This document shows positions 55,564 to 64,000 of a stretch of DNA of 64,000 nt, piece after piece (within the stretch, counting starts at the first letter, position 1; each line of letters begins with the position of its first letter). Under the pieces are notes generated by a model. It had not been told where the DNA came from and did no database searches. It saw only the letters and a list, made by a program, of their open reading frames with translations. Both the position numbers and the translations under genes were made by a program. This stretch comes from Syntrophobacterales bacterium (GTDB lineage: Bacteria; Desulfobacterota; Syntrophia; Syntrophales; UBA2210). The stretch spans positions 7,482 to 71,481 of the forward strand of contig JAHDRK010000013.1 of the NCBI GenBank assembly GCA_018433345.1. The letters are read 5' to 3'.

Positions 55564-57258
55564 CTATAAGCGCCCGCCCTGGGACATGCGCAACATTTCT
55601 CTTGCGTGATCCAATGTTTTATCCGTCAATTCGACACCCCCGAGCATGCGTGCGATTTCCTCCACCCGCTCGTCGTCACCGAGAAGGCTGACACCGGTGC
55701 TTGTCCTGTCACCATCCACTCCCTTGGTCACAAGGTAATGGGTTGTCCCGAAACTGGCAATCTGTGGATGATGCGTAATGCAAATAACCTGGTGCCGCGA
55801 GGAAATATCCCTAAGTTTCGATCCCACGACCTCCGCCGCGGCGCCGCCGATACCGCTGTCCACCTCGTCGAAGATAACCGTTTCGGCTGTGGTATCATGA
55901 ACAAGGACTTTCTTTAGAGCCAGCACGATCCGGGACAATTCGCCCCCCGATGCGACCTTGCTAAGTGGTTTCAGACCTTCACCGGGGTTGGCGGAAAGGT
56001 AAAACTCCACCACGTCGCGGCCCTTGCCGTGCAGGGGCATTGTCTCGCCGCCTTCAGACTCACCCTCTATAAAACGAACCTCGAAAGACGCCTTCGGCAT
56101 GCGAAGGTCCTCCAGTTCATCCATAACGGCTCTCTCCAAGACCATCGCCGCCTCTCGACGCCGCCTTGACAGGCTGTCCGCCAAGCTTTCCAACTCGGCT
56201 TTCATGGCGGCGATATCCCGCTCAAGCGCCTCGAGGTTTCCCTCCAGGCGGTCTATCGACTCCAGTTCTTCCGCGATCTTTTTCCCCCTTTCGAGAACGG
56301 CTTTCACCGATCCTCCGTATTTTCGCTTCAGCGTCCCTATGAGCTCAAGCCTCTCATCAATCTCCTCCAGCCGCCGCGGGTCATGATTTAGACCTCCCAG
56401 ATAGTCTCTCAAGGATAGGGCGGCGTCTTCGAGCCCAAAATACAAGGTGTCCATGAAGGCCTCGTCAATGGACAAACCGGTATCCAGACTCTTTATTTCA
56501 GCTATCATGGCCCTGACACGGTCCAACCCTCCCAGGAGGGCATCTTCGCCCTCGTAGAGTGTCTCGTAGGAGTCTCGTGCCAGGTTGCGAAGCTTTTCCG
56601 CATTCATGAGAATCCGTTTCTCGTCGGCAAGATCCTGGTCTTCACCGGGATTGAGATTGGCCGCTTCGATTTCGTTCATTTGAAACCTGAACAGTTCCTC
56701 GCGCTCCGCCCGATCTCGCCCGGCTGCCTTCAGTTTTTCCAATTTTTGTAGAAGCGACTGGTATTCGGCGAACCGCGCCCCGTAGAAACCTCTTTCCTCT
56801 TCCAGTCCGGCGAACTCGTCAAGTATGTCGATGTGGTTCTCGTTCCGCACCAGCAACTGATGGGCGTGTTGACCACAGATGTTTACCAGGAACTCGCCGA
56901 TGGACGCCAGTATGGCCGCCGTCACGAGGCGCCCGTTCACCGTGATGCGATTTCTGCCGGAACGACTGATAGTCCTCCTGATCACCAGTTCATCGCCGTC
57001 GTATAAATCAAGTTCTTCAAGCCTTCTTTTCACGTCTCGATTAGAGGCTATATCGAACTGCGCTTCCACGACGGCCGACTCCGCCGAGGAACGCACCACG
57101 TCATTCGACACCCGATCGCCGAGCAATAAATTGACGGCGCCCACGATGATCGATTTCCCCGCCCCCGTTTCACCGGACATGACGGTCAGACCGGGAGAAA
57201 AGGAGATCCTCAAGGAATCTATGATGGCAAAATTTTCTATGTACAGTTCGTTCAACAT
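55564..57258 (-). CDS. recN: DNA repair protein RecN
   Basis: Walker A GETGAGKS, long coiled coil, signature ASGGELSRIVLAL, Walker B IFDEVDSGIGG; 564 aa. Confidence 0.95.
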   Translation of the reverse strand: MLNELYIENFAIIDSLRISFSPGLTVMSGETGAGKSIIVGAVNLLLGDRVSNDVVRSSAESAVVEAQFDIASNRDVKRRLEELDLYDGDELVIRRTISRSGRNRITVNGRLVTAAILASIGEFLVNICGQHAHQLLVRNENHIDILDEFAGLEEERGFYGARFAEYQSLLQKLEKLKAAGRDRAEREELFRFQMNEIEAANLNPGEDQDLADEKRILMNAEKLRNLARDSYETLYEGEDALLGGLDRVRAMIAEIKSLDTGLSIDEAFMDTLYFGLEDAALSLRDYLGGLNHDPRRLEEIDERLELIGTLKRKYGGSVKAVLERGKKIAEELESIDRLEGNLEALERDIAAMKAELESLADSLSRRRREAAMVLERAVMDELEDLRMPKASFEVRFIEGESEGGETMPLHGKGRDVVEFYLSANPGEGLKPLSKVASGGELSRIVLALKKVLVHDTTAETVIFDEVDSGIGGAAAEVVGSKLRDISSRHQVICITHHPQIASFGTTHYLVTKGVDGDRTSTGVSLLGDDERVEEIARMLGGVELTDKTLDHAREMLRMSQGGRL

Positions 57259-57264
57259 GTCGCC

Positions 57265-58113
57265 TTACGGAAGGCCGCCCCATCCGAGTTTTCCGCGAAG
57301 CACCTCCATATAGTCCCGTTCGGACGAATCGAAGAGACGTACGCCGTGCTCCGCCTTGACAATCGTCACTGTGTCACCCGATTTCATGAGAATCGAGTCC
57401 TGGCCGTCGGCGGTCACCGTGGCGCCCTCCTCGCGCGTATAAAGGACGATCTTGATGGCGCTTTCGGGCGGTATGACAATGGGCCGGTTTGACAATGTAT
57501 GGGGACAGATCGGCGTGATAATCACGGCGTCCATTTCCGGGAAAACGATGGGTCCCCCCGCTGAAAGGGAATAGGCCGTGGAACCCGTCGGTGTCGATAT
57601 GATGAGACCGTCTGCCTTAAAGGTTGTAAGATACTTCTCATCCACGAAAGTTTCCAGGTTGACCATGCGGGAAAGGTTGCCCCTGTTGATGACCACGTCG
57701 TTCAACGCCGACAGATGGCCGCCGTTGACCGAAGCGTCGAGCATCATCCGCTTGGACGTTCGACAGTCCCCCTTCAATGCCAGTTCCATGGCGTCGTATA
57801 TTTCGTGAAGGTTTACAACCGTCATGAACCCGAAAGAACCGAGATTGACGCCCATGATGGGCACATCGTGTCCCTGAACAGCCCTCGCTGTCTTGAGTAA
57901 AGTCCCGTCACCGCCGAAGGCGACGATCATATCCACCATGTCCCCCATCCGTTCCGACGTCGCCGACTCGAGACCTGCGACCTTCGGGGCAAGTTCCTCT
58001 TCGTAAACAACCGAAATGCCCCGCTCCAAAAGCCAGGCGCCCAGCTTGACGGACTCCTTGACGGCGTTTTGCTTACCCATGTTTGCGATAATACCCACCC
58101 GCCTTATGTTCAT
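57265..58113 (-). CDS. nadK: NAD kinase
   Basis: FGGDGTLL, NDVVI, TPTGSTAYSLSAGGPI. Start at ATG 58113 (MNIRRVGIIAN). The track start 58293 adds 60 implausible residues. Confidence 0.9.
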   Translation of the reverse strand: MNIRRVGIIANMGKQNAVKESVKLGAWLLERGISVVYEEELAPKVAGLESATSERMGDMVDMIVAFGGDGTLLKTARAVQGHDVPIMGVNLGSFGFMTVVNLHEIYDAMELALKGDCRTSKRMMLDASVNGGHLSALNDVVINRGNLSRMVNLETFVDEKYLTTFKADGLIISTPTGSTAYSLSAGGPIVFPEMDAVIITPICPHTLSNRPIVIPPESAIKIVLYTREEGATVTADGQDSILMKSGDTVTIVKAEHGVRLFDSSERDYMEVLRGKLGWGGLP

Positions 58114-58476
58114 GATCTGCCGTGTCCCCTTCATCTCCAAAAACGCAGTCCAAAACCGGAAACACCGATTATTATTGAACGGTTCAGTCCACACCGTGTT
58201 TCGGCGAATTTCTATCACAAAAGAACGCGACTGTCTATTTGCATTACTACAATGAGAAGAGAGGAAATAAAAAAAAATGATGGTCCGGCTCAAAATGAAC
58301 GGTGAAGGGTGAGATCCTGCCGTGTGTCGGCGTACCCGTATAGTTAATTCAACATTGAGGCGGCTATTGTCTTGACATGGGGCGATACCCTGGGATAGGT
58401 TTCTCAGCTCCGGGGACCCCCCAGGCAGGGCGCTCCATCAAGAAGGCGAAAGAAGGAATTGTGGGAGAATTAAGCA

Positions 58477-59097
58477 ATGGGATTCTTGAAAGGGAATGTC
58501 ACCTTCAGGCGGTACCGCGTCGTGGAAGACCCGCCCGTTGATTTCCGAAACTTCTTCGACGAACGAATCAAGCTGCACGCATTCAGTGAAACGACCGCTG
58601 AGACAAGGGAAAAAATTATCGGTTGGACGAGTGTCGGAAACGTACTGGATACAGACTTTCAGTACGCATCGTACCTCTACGGAGAATATGTGCTTTTTAA
58701 CCTGCGGGTGGACAGGAAAATCATCCCCCCGGCGCTGCTCCGCGTCAAAACGTTGGAGGCCGAAGAGCGATACCTCAAAGAACAGGGGCTGAAAAAAATT
58801 TTCAGGCAACAGCGTGCCGAAATCAGGGACAGGGTTCGAAAAGAACTGCTTAAAAAGATCACTCCCGTTCCCTCTTTCCACGAGGTCTGTTGGTCCTACG
58901 CCGAGGGGTGGCTTCTTTTTGGAACACTTTCCGAAAAAGCGGCCGAGGACTTCGAGGAACTATTCAAGCAGACCTTCAACCTACAACTTGTTCCCCATGT
59001 GCCTTGGGATCCGGCTTTATTGGAACCGGAGATTATCGAATCCCTCTCTTCCGCCGGGAACCAGTCCTCTTTAAGGAGCATCGACAATGGAAATTAA
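58477..59097 (+). CDS. RdgC-like recombination-associated protein, N-terminal two thirds
   Basis: MGFLKGNVTFRRYRV.. parallels E. coli RdgC MLWFKNLMVYRL.. (sequence recalled from memory). So do GWTSV/GWVPP, RKIIPPALLR/EKILPSPVIK and AAEDFEELFKQTF/AEDTLALLRKSLG. Confidence 0.65.
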   Translation: MGFLKGNVTFRRYRVVEDPPVDFRNFFDERIKLHAFSETTAETREKIIGWTSVGNVLDTDFQYASYLYGEYVLFNLRVDRKIIPPALLRVKTLEAEERYLKEQGLKKIFRQQRAEIRDRVRKELLKKITPVPSFHEVCWSYAEGWLLFGTLSEKAAEDFEELFKQTFNLQLVPHVPWDPALLEPEIIESLSSAGNQSSLRSIDNGN

Positions 59098-59605
59098 CCG
59101 GAAGGATCTCTCATTCCTGGGCCGGGAATTTTTGACTTGGCTCTGGTACAAGAGCGAAGAACGGAACGGAGCCGTCATGATTCCGGGCGAGGGAGACGTG
59201 GAGCTCGTTTTTCTGCGCCGTATAGTCCTTGTATCGGGCGAAGGAGAATATTCGGAAACCGTGTCATGCAGCGGCCTCCACGCGGATCTTTCAGAAGGCA
59301 AGGCCGCCCTCAAGGCGGGCAAGAAGGTCCGGGAGGCGCGCATAAAAATGGGTATCGGAAACGATGATTGGGAGTTCACCTTCAAGGCGGATGACTTTTG
59401 TTTCCAATCCATGAAATTACCGTCCGGTTTCGAGGAAGGCGAAGATGAAGCGGAAGAGGAAGGCCGTGTTTTGGACAGAATAGGATGTATCGATACCGTG
59501 ACAACCGCCTTGGAACAACTCTTTAGCTCATTTCTCGAGCTGCACCGCTCCGACGCCTGGAAATCACGGGAACTTCCACAGATGGCGAAGTGGATCGGCG
59601 AATGA
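59087..59605 (+). CDS. RdgC-like protein, C-terminal third, encoded as a separate coupled ORF
   Basis: FLTWLW, ARIKMGIGNDDWEFTFKADDFCFQSMKLP and RIGCIDTVTTALEQLFSSFLE parallel the RdgC C-terminal region. It has its own SD AAGGAG (59073-78) 8 nt before the ATG and overlaps ORF1 by 11 nt. Confidence 0.65.
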   Translation: MEINRKDLSFLGREFLTWLWYKSEERNGAVMIPGEGDVELVFLRRIVLVSGEGEYSETVSCSGLHADLSEGKAALKAGKKVREARIKMGIGNDDWEFTFKADDFCFQSMKLPSGFEEGEDEAEEEGRVLDRIGCIDTVTTALEQLFSSFLELHRSDAWKSRELPQMAKWIGE

Positions 59606-59922
59606 ATCGGTGAGGCAACGGTCTTCCTTTTTACCTACAGAGCTACCGATACCTGTGCCTGAAGGTCGTCCCCCGGTCTTGCGGCGAAGCGTTTCATTGT
59701 GCCGGATTGCGGCCGGCCATGAAACAAGACCGGAGGAGGGAGGCGGCGGAAGCAGTATGGAAAAATACCGACAGGCCATATCGTGACACGATTTAAAAGG
59801 TTTGAAGATCGGCCACGCGACCGCATAGGTGCGCCCGGAAATGTTGTCGCCGTCCTGCACGTCCCCATACATCATCGCGACCCATTTTCACGTACTCCGT
59901 TCTACATGAACGAACCCCTGTA

Positions 59923-61962
59923 TCAGAAATCTCGGAATTCCTCCTCTCCGTCATCGAGAGGGATCGCCTTGAGCGCCTTCTCCCTTGTCCGAGCGGCATC
60001 CGAACTTTTATTATAGGATATCGTTTCTGCACCTTTCCTTTGAACGGTTTTGTCACCCTCTTCCATCGTTTCGTATCCTCTGCCGCCGGCGGAAAGGCCG
60101 GATTTTTGCTTTGCAAAGCCCTGTACCAAGACCATGAGCTCATGTACCATATCCTGCATGTGCTCGGCCTGGGCGTTCAGTTCCTCCGCGGCCGCGGCCG
60201 TTTCCTCGGCGTTGGCGGCGGTTTGTTGGGTCACCTTGTCCATCTCCGCCACGCCCCTGTTCACTTGGGCGATCCCCTGCGCCTGTTCCGCGGATGCGGC
60301 GGCGATTTCACCCACCAGCTCCGCCACCTTGGCTGCGCTGACACCCACCTGAGAGAAATCTTCGTTTGTAGTGGTCACCAAGTTGGAGCCTTCCCTAACT
60401 TTCTTCACAGTTCCCTCGATCAATTCCGCCGTGTTCTTCGCCGCCTCGGCAGCCCTTATAGCCAAATTCCTCACTTCGTCGGCCACCACGGCGAACCCGG
60501 CGCCGGCCTCACCGGCTCGGGCCGCCTCGACGGCGGCGTTCAAGGCCAGGAGATTGGTCTGAAAGGCGATTTCGTCTATGGTTTTAACAATCCTCGAAGT
60601 CTCGTCGCTCGCCCGGGAAATTTCATCCATAGAAATTGTCAACTTGTTCATGGACTGGTTCGCCCTTTCGACCACCTGCTTGGCTTCGCTCATCAGGCTG
60701 TCCGCATGCATGGCGTTCTCGGCATTCTGGCTGGTCATGGATGACATCTCCTCGAAGGAGGCGGACGTCTCTTCTATTGCCGCCGCCTGCTCGGCTGCAC
60801 CTTCCGCCAAAGACTGGCTCGACGCCGATACTTGCTCGGCCGCGGAAGACACCTCCCTGGCGCCCCCGCCAAGAGCGAGGATAATGCGGTTTACGGGTTT
60901 CGTGATGGAACGAATCAGGATAACGGCAATGACGACCGCAAGAATGATGGCTATGAAAAGACCCGTGATGACCATGTAAGAGGCCCGATCCAGAACGGTC
61001 GCCGCCCCGGCGGCGGATTCTTCGGTCTCCTTCATGCCCGCCATGGCGATCCTTCCTGCCACCTCGGCGATCTTTACCGCTACCGCGTTGCGCTTTTCTT
61101 CAATCGCCTTCTTCTCCTGGAAAACGGCAACGAAGTTTTCCATGGCCAGGCGGTACTGTTCCGATGCTGTCCGGCAGTTCTCAATCAAGCGCAGGTTGAG
61201 CTCATCGTTGCTTTCCCTGCGGAGCTTGTCGAACAAATCCCCCAATTCATCCAATCGGGACAGGTTGTCTCTCAATCCGATTATATCCCTGTCGCCGATG
61301 GCTTTCGTCGTGGCGATCATCATTTTATTCAAGGCATCCAGGATCGCATTGCCCGTCTGAATCCGTGAAGTCCGAATCCATACTTCGTCGCCGATGTACT
61401 TTACCCGTTCCGCCGTCATTTCACCGACGCTCAACGGACCGAGGTACGCATCGACGAACACAAGCATTTCCGAATACTGCATGCCGAGAAATTCCTCGAG
61501 CGCCTTATTGAAACCGGATGCTTCTTCTTCAGCCGAAGCCAGGCTGTCGGCCAGTTCCTGGTTCTGTATCACCGTGAGTTCCAACAATCGCTCGTATTCC
61601 TCAGCGGCCGCGGAGGCAATTTTCGTGTTTTCCAGCATTTCGTCCATCTTGTATTTTACGGCATGGGCTTGGGCCTCTTCCAGGCATTGTTTCATGTCGC
61701 TCAGGTATTGCCGCGTGTTTTCGAGAAACCTTTCTTCTTCCGTATAGGCGTAACCACGGGCGTCAAGCATGGTCGCCAGTGCCAGTTGGTAGACCCTGTT
61801 CGCCATGTTCGTGGCGGGTATGTTCTCTTCCACCAATCGACTGCTCGACGCGGATACCTGCAGCATATTCACAATGGCCAAGCTTCCCACCATCACGACA
61901 ATGATCACCATGACGGCGAAACCGGCAGCAAGCCTCGTGGACAATTTCATTTTTTTGAACAT
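59923..61962 (-). CDS. Methyl-accepting chemotaxis protein
   Basis: Two TM segments flank a helical sensor of about 290 aa, followed by a HAMP domain. Signalling hairpin [47 protein letters not shown]. Confidence 0.92.
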   Translation of the reverse strand: MFKKMKLSTRLAAGFAVMVIIVVMVGSLAIVNMLQVSASSSRLVEENIPATNMANRVYQLALATMLDARGYAYTEEERFLENTRQYLSDMKQCLEEAQAHAVKYKMDEMLENTKIASAAAEEYERLLELTVIQNQELADSLASAEEEASGFNKALEEFLGMQYSEMLVFVDAYLGPLSVGEMTAERVKYIGDEVWIRTSRIQTGNAILDALNKMMIATTKAIGDRDIIGLRDNLSRLDELGDLFDKLRRESNDELNLRLIENCRTASEQYRLAMENFVAVFQEKKAIEEKRNAVAVKIAEVAGRIAMAGMKETEESAAGAATVLDRASYMVITGLFIAIILAVVIAVILIRSITKPVNRIILALGGGAREVSSAAEQVSASSQSLAEGAAEQAAAIEETSASFEEMSSMTSQNAENAMHADSLMSEAKQVVERANQSMNKLTISMDEISRASDETSRIVKTIDEIAFQTNLLALNAAVEAARAGEAGAGFAVVADEVRNLAIRAAEAAKNTAELIEGTVKKVREGSNLVTTTNEDFSQVGVSAAKVAELVGEIAAASAEQAQGIAQVNRGVAEMDKVTQQTAANAEETAAAAEELNAQAEHMQDMVHELMVLVQGFAKQKSGLSAGGRGYETMEEGDKTVQRKGAETISYNKSSDAARTREKALKAIPLDDGEEEFRDF

Positions 61963-62044
61963 CTCGAATTCTCCCTTAACATCCCTTGAACTCCCGGGGC
62001 TTTATCACCCGACCTTTCAGCGGTTATTATTTTGCTCCATCGTA

Positions 62045-62083
62045 AAAAACAAAAAAAGTCATGTCCCCTTGACGAGGGGCATG
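62045..62083 (-). terminator. Rho-independent terminator (minus strand) upstream of the MCP promoter region
   Basis: Minus strand reads CATGCCCCTCGTCAAGGGGACATG, followed by ACTTTTTTTGTTTTTT. Confidence 0.55.
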
Positions 62084-62360
62084 TAGAACACATTGAATAT
62101 GCCGGACCCCGACCTGCGCAGGGGTGACGAAAATGATAATTCCCGTCTTTTTTACGGGTGCATCTTCTTTGAAACCTAAAACCGGCATATGCGAAGCCTT
62201 TGTGACGTCTATTTCCTTTTCTCTGAATATCGAACTGCGCATACCCGCACATACCCGCACGCACATACAAAGAAAGGCGACTTCGACCCCCCCTTCTTCG
62301 ATGCCGCCTTCAACATCGGTAAAAAACCGAACCAAACAGCACACTACAAAGTTTTTATTG

Positions 62361-62369
62361 TATCGGCAT
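62361..62369. repeat. Target-site duplication, left copy (TATCGGCAT)
   Basis: Identical 9-mer at 63696-63704, immediately outside the IS inverted repeats. Confidence 0.85.
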
Positions 62370-63695
62370 CACTAGTGTCCCAAGGTTGAAATTTCTACCT
62401 ATCTCAACTGATTGAAATATAAATAGATTGAGCGAAAAATGTCATTTATCGATTTGAAAAAAGTTTACCCGATATGCCAGTCTCCACCATCAACGATAAT
62501 GGAGGCGCCGCATGAATGCCGGGAAAACGATTTTCGCCCAGCTGATGGACTTTGTCACCCCCTACGAGTTTCGGAAATGCGTCGAACGCTACGACGGCAA
62601 CCGCAAGGTGATCAGTTTTTCCTGCTGGGATCAATACCTCTGCATGGCCTTCGCCCAGCTCACGTACCGAGAAAGCCTGCGCGACATTCAAGTCTGCCTT
62701 CGGGCGGCTCAATCGAAGTTATACCATCTGGGCATCCGCGGGAAGGTCTCCCGCAATACCCTCGCCCATGCCAATCAGAACAGGGACTGGCGAATCTACG
62801 CCGATTTTGCTCATGTTCTCATCGCCAAAGCCAGAAGACTCTATGCCCGGGATTCCTTCGGTGTCGAACTGGATCAGACGGTGTATGCACTGGATTCAAC
62901 CACAATCAATCTGTGCCTGGCACTGTTCCCTTGGGCGGGATTCCGCAAGCACAAGGGCGCGGTGAAGCTCCTCACGCTTCTGGATCTTCGCGGGAACATC
63001 CCAACCGTGGCCATCATCACCACGGGAAAGGTACACGATGTGAACATCCTCGACGATCTGAGCTTCGAGGCCGGATCCATCTACATTATGGATCGCGGGT
63101 ATCTCGATTATGGGCGTCTCTACGCAATACACCAAAACTTGGGGTTCTTTGTCACACCGGCGAAGAAAAACTTCGGAGGAAGACGTCTTTACTCCCGCCC
63201 CGTGGACAAATCCACCGGCGGTTCAATGCGACCAGACCGTCACCCTCAAGGGCTTTTACGCGAAACGGGATTACCCGGAGAAACTCCGTCGCATCCGATA
63301 CTTCGATTCAAAGAACGACAAACGCCTTGTATTCCTTACCAACAATTTTTCTCTGCCGGCGGAGACGATCGCCGAACTCTATCGCAATCGCTGGCAGGTG
63401 GAGCTGTTTTTCAAGTGGATCAAGCAGCACCTCCGGATCAAGGCATTTTATGGTACCACCGAAAACGCCGTCAAGACCCAGATATGGATCGCAATCTCCG
63501 TTTATGTTCTGGTGGCGATCGTGAAAAAGACCTTGAATCTGGACCACAGTCTCTACACAATTCTACAGGTTTTGAGCGTGACTCTTTTCGAGAAAACGCC
63601 TATTTTACAAGCACTTACGAATACACACTACGAAAACAAGGAGAGCCACCTCAGCAACCAGTTGTATTTATTCGATTAACCTTGGGACAGTAGTG
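62370..63695 (+). mobile_element. IS4-family insertion sequence, 1326 bp
   Basis: IRL is CACTAGTGTCCCAAGGTT (62370-87). IRR at 63678-95 has reverse complement CACTACTGTCCCAAGGTT, a 17/18 match. A 9-bp TSD flanks it, and it carries a single DDE transposase gene. Confidence 0.9.
62512..63679 (+). pseudogene. IS4-family DDE transposase, disrupted by a 1-nt frameshift near 63215-63221
   Basis: The N-terminal 235 aa (DUF4372-like MNAGKTIFAQLMDF.., YALDSTTI, IYIMDRGY) are in frame 1. The conserved C-terminus (VQCDQTVTLKGFY..YRNRWQVELFFKWIKQHL) is in frame 2. The junction is at ACCGGCGGTTCAA. Confidence 0.8.
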
Positions 63696-64000
63696 TATCG
63701 GCATTTAGAAAAAATACTTTAATGGAGAGGTTGTCGCCCGTCCATGGCACAAAGGCGGTTCCCTCTTCGGGAGCGGGCTGCATGAACTCGGCATTGTAGT
63801 TGGGCCGGTATGCCTGTTCCAGATAGTGATTGGCGGCGTGCATGGTCGTGATCCCCTGGAGGGCCAGCTCCTTCACCAGCCGATCCTGGTGTGTCTCGAA
63901 GACCCGTTCGCTCCGTCCCCGTGCCTCCGGTGAATAGGCCGGGATCATCAGGATGCCCAATTGCTTCATGGCGCGTCCGAACTGGGTGAGCTGGGTCTTG
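63676..64000 (-). pseudogene. Fragment of an integrase-core (rve) transposase (IS481/ISNCY-like). The 5' end is outside the window, and the 3' end abuts and reads into the IS4 element.
   Basis: In-frame translation from the window edge reads KTQLTQFGRAMKQLGILMIPAYSPEARGRSERVFETHQDRLVKEL.., the conserved rve C-terminal region. The last ~10 codons of the ORF are TSD/IRR sequence. With the IS removed, the frame would still stop after 5 more codons. Confidence 0.65.
63696..63704. repeat. Target-site duplication, right copy (TATCGGCAT)
   Basis: See the left copy. Confidence 0.85.

Noticed and set aside
61963-62360. Continuation of the truncated rve transposase on the far side of the IS4 insertion (ORFs 62027..62344- and 61947..62270-)
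   Set aside because: Joining across the TSD gives a stop after five codons. None of the three frames shows transposase-like sequence. The region instead contains a minus-strand terminator and the MCP upstream region.
63215-63221. Programmed ribosomal frameshift in the IS transposase
   Set aside because: There is no slippery heptamer (the sequence is ACCGGCGGTT), and IS4-family elements encode a single uninterrupted ORF. A 1-nt insertion or an assembly error is the simpler explanation.

Overview
This 64-kb window is a chromosomal segment from a fairly GC-rich bacterium. Its gene content suggests an anaerobe, possibly Deltaproteobacteria/Desulfobacterota-like, but that is inference only. I support about 55 protein-coding genes and found no rRNA, tRNA or CRISPR array.

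Gene order:
- 1-7256: a partial ADP-forming acyl-CoA synthetase, an SDR, a PflX-like radical SAM protein, an MFS transporter, tsaD and nadB.
- 7458-14466: a glycine-cleavage operon, gcvT-gcvH-gcvPA-gcvPB-MFS-lipA.
- 14874-18814: a secreted type-B carboxylesterase and two tandem SDRs, flanked by repeat-rich non-coding DNA.
- 19330-32639: a metal-themed stretch. It holds a bacterioferritin-like gene, a SlyD-like FKBP with a Cys-rich tail, and a minus-strand run larC-larE-larB / RHH-zinc-finger regulator-znuA-znuC-znuB / LUD-domain gene. It ends with a minimal sufC-sufB pair.
- 32727-34222: a miniature flagellar hook/rod-like protein and an MBL-fold hydrolase.
- 34710-49561: a sigma-54 controlled locus. 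It encodes a 1057-aa TPR-GAF-AAA+ activator, a textbook -24/-12 promoter and a Liv-type ABC importer. These are followed by two family III CoA-transferases, then carboxyltransferase / 73-aa biotin carrier / second carboxyltransferase, with no biotin carboxylase.
- 49628-53560: a translationally coupled four-gene operon of retropepsin-like protease, 7TM/inactive-transglutaminase protein, RimK-like ATP-grasp ligase and CDP-alcohol phosphatidyltransferase.
- 53776-61962: mltA, a GNAT, recN, nadK, an RdgC-like protein split into two coupled ORFs, and an MCP.
- 62370-64000: a 1326-bp IS4-family element with 18-bp inverted repeats and a 9-bp target duplication. Its transposase is frameshifted, and it sits next to a truncated rve-type transposase.

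The two best candidates for an undescribed system are the ATP-grasp/7TM/protease/phosphatidyltransferase operon and the BC-less double-carboxyltransferase + BCCP + paired CoA-transferase locus.

All functional calls rest on motif-level reading of the translated ORFs. No database search was run.
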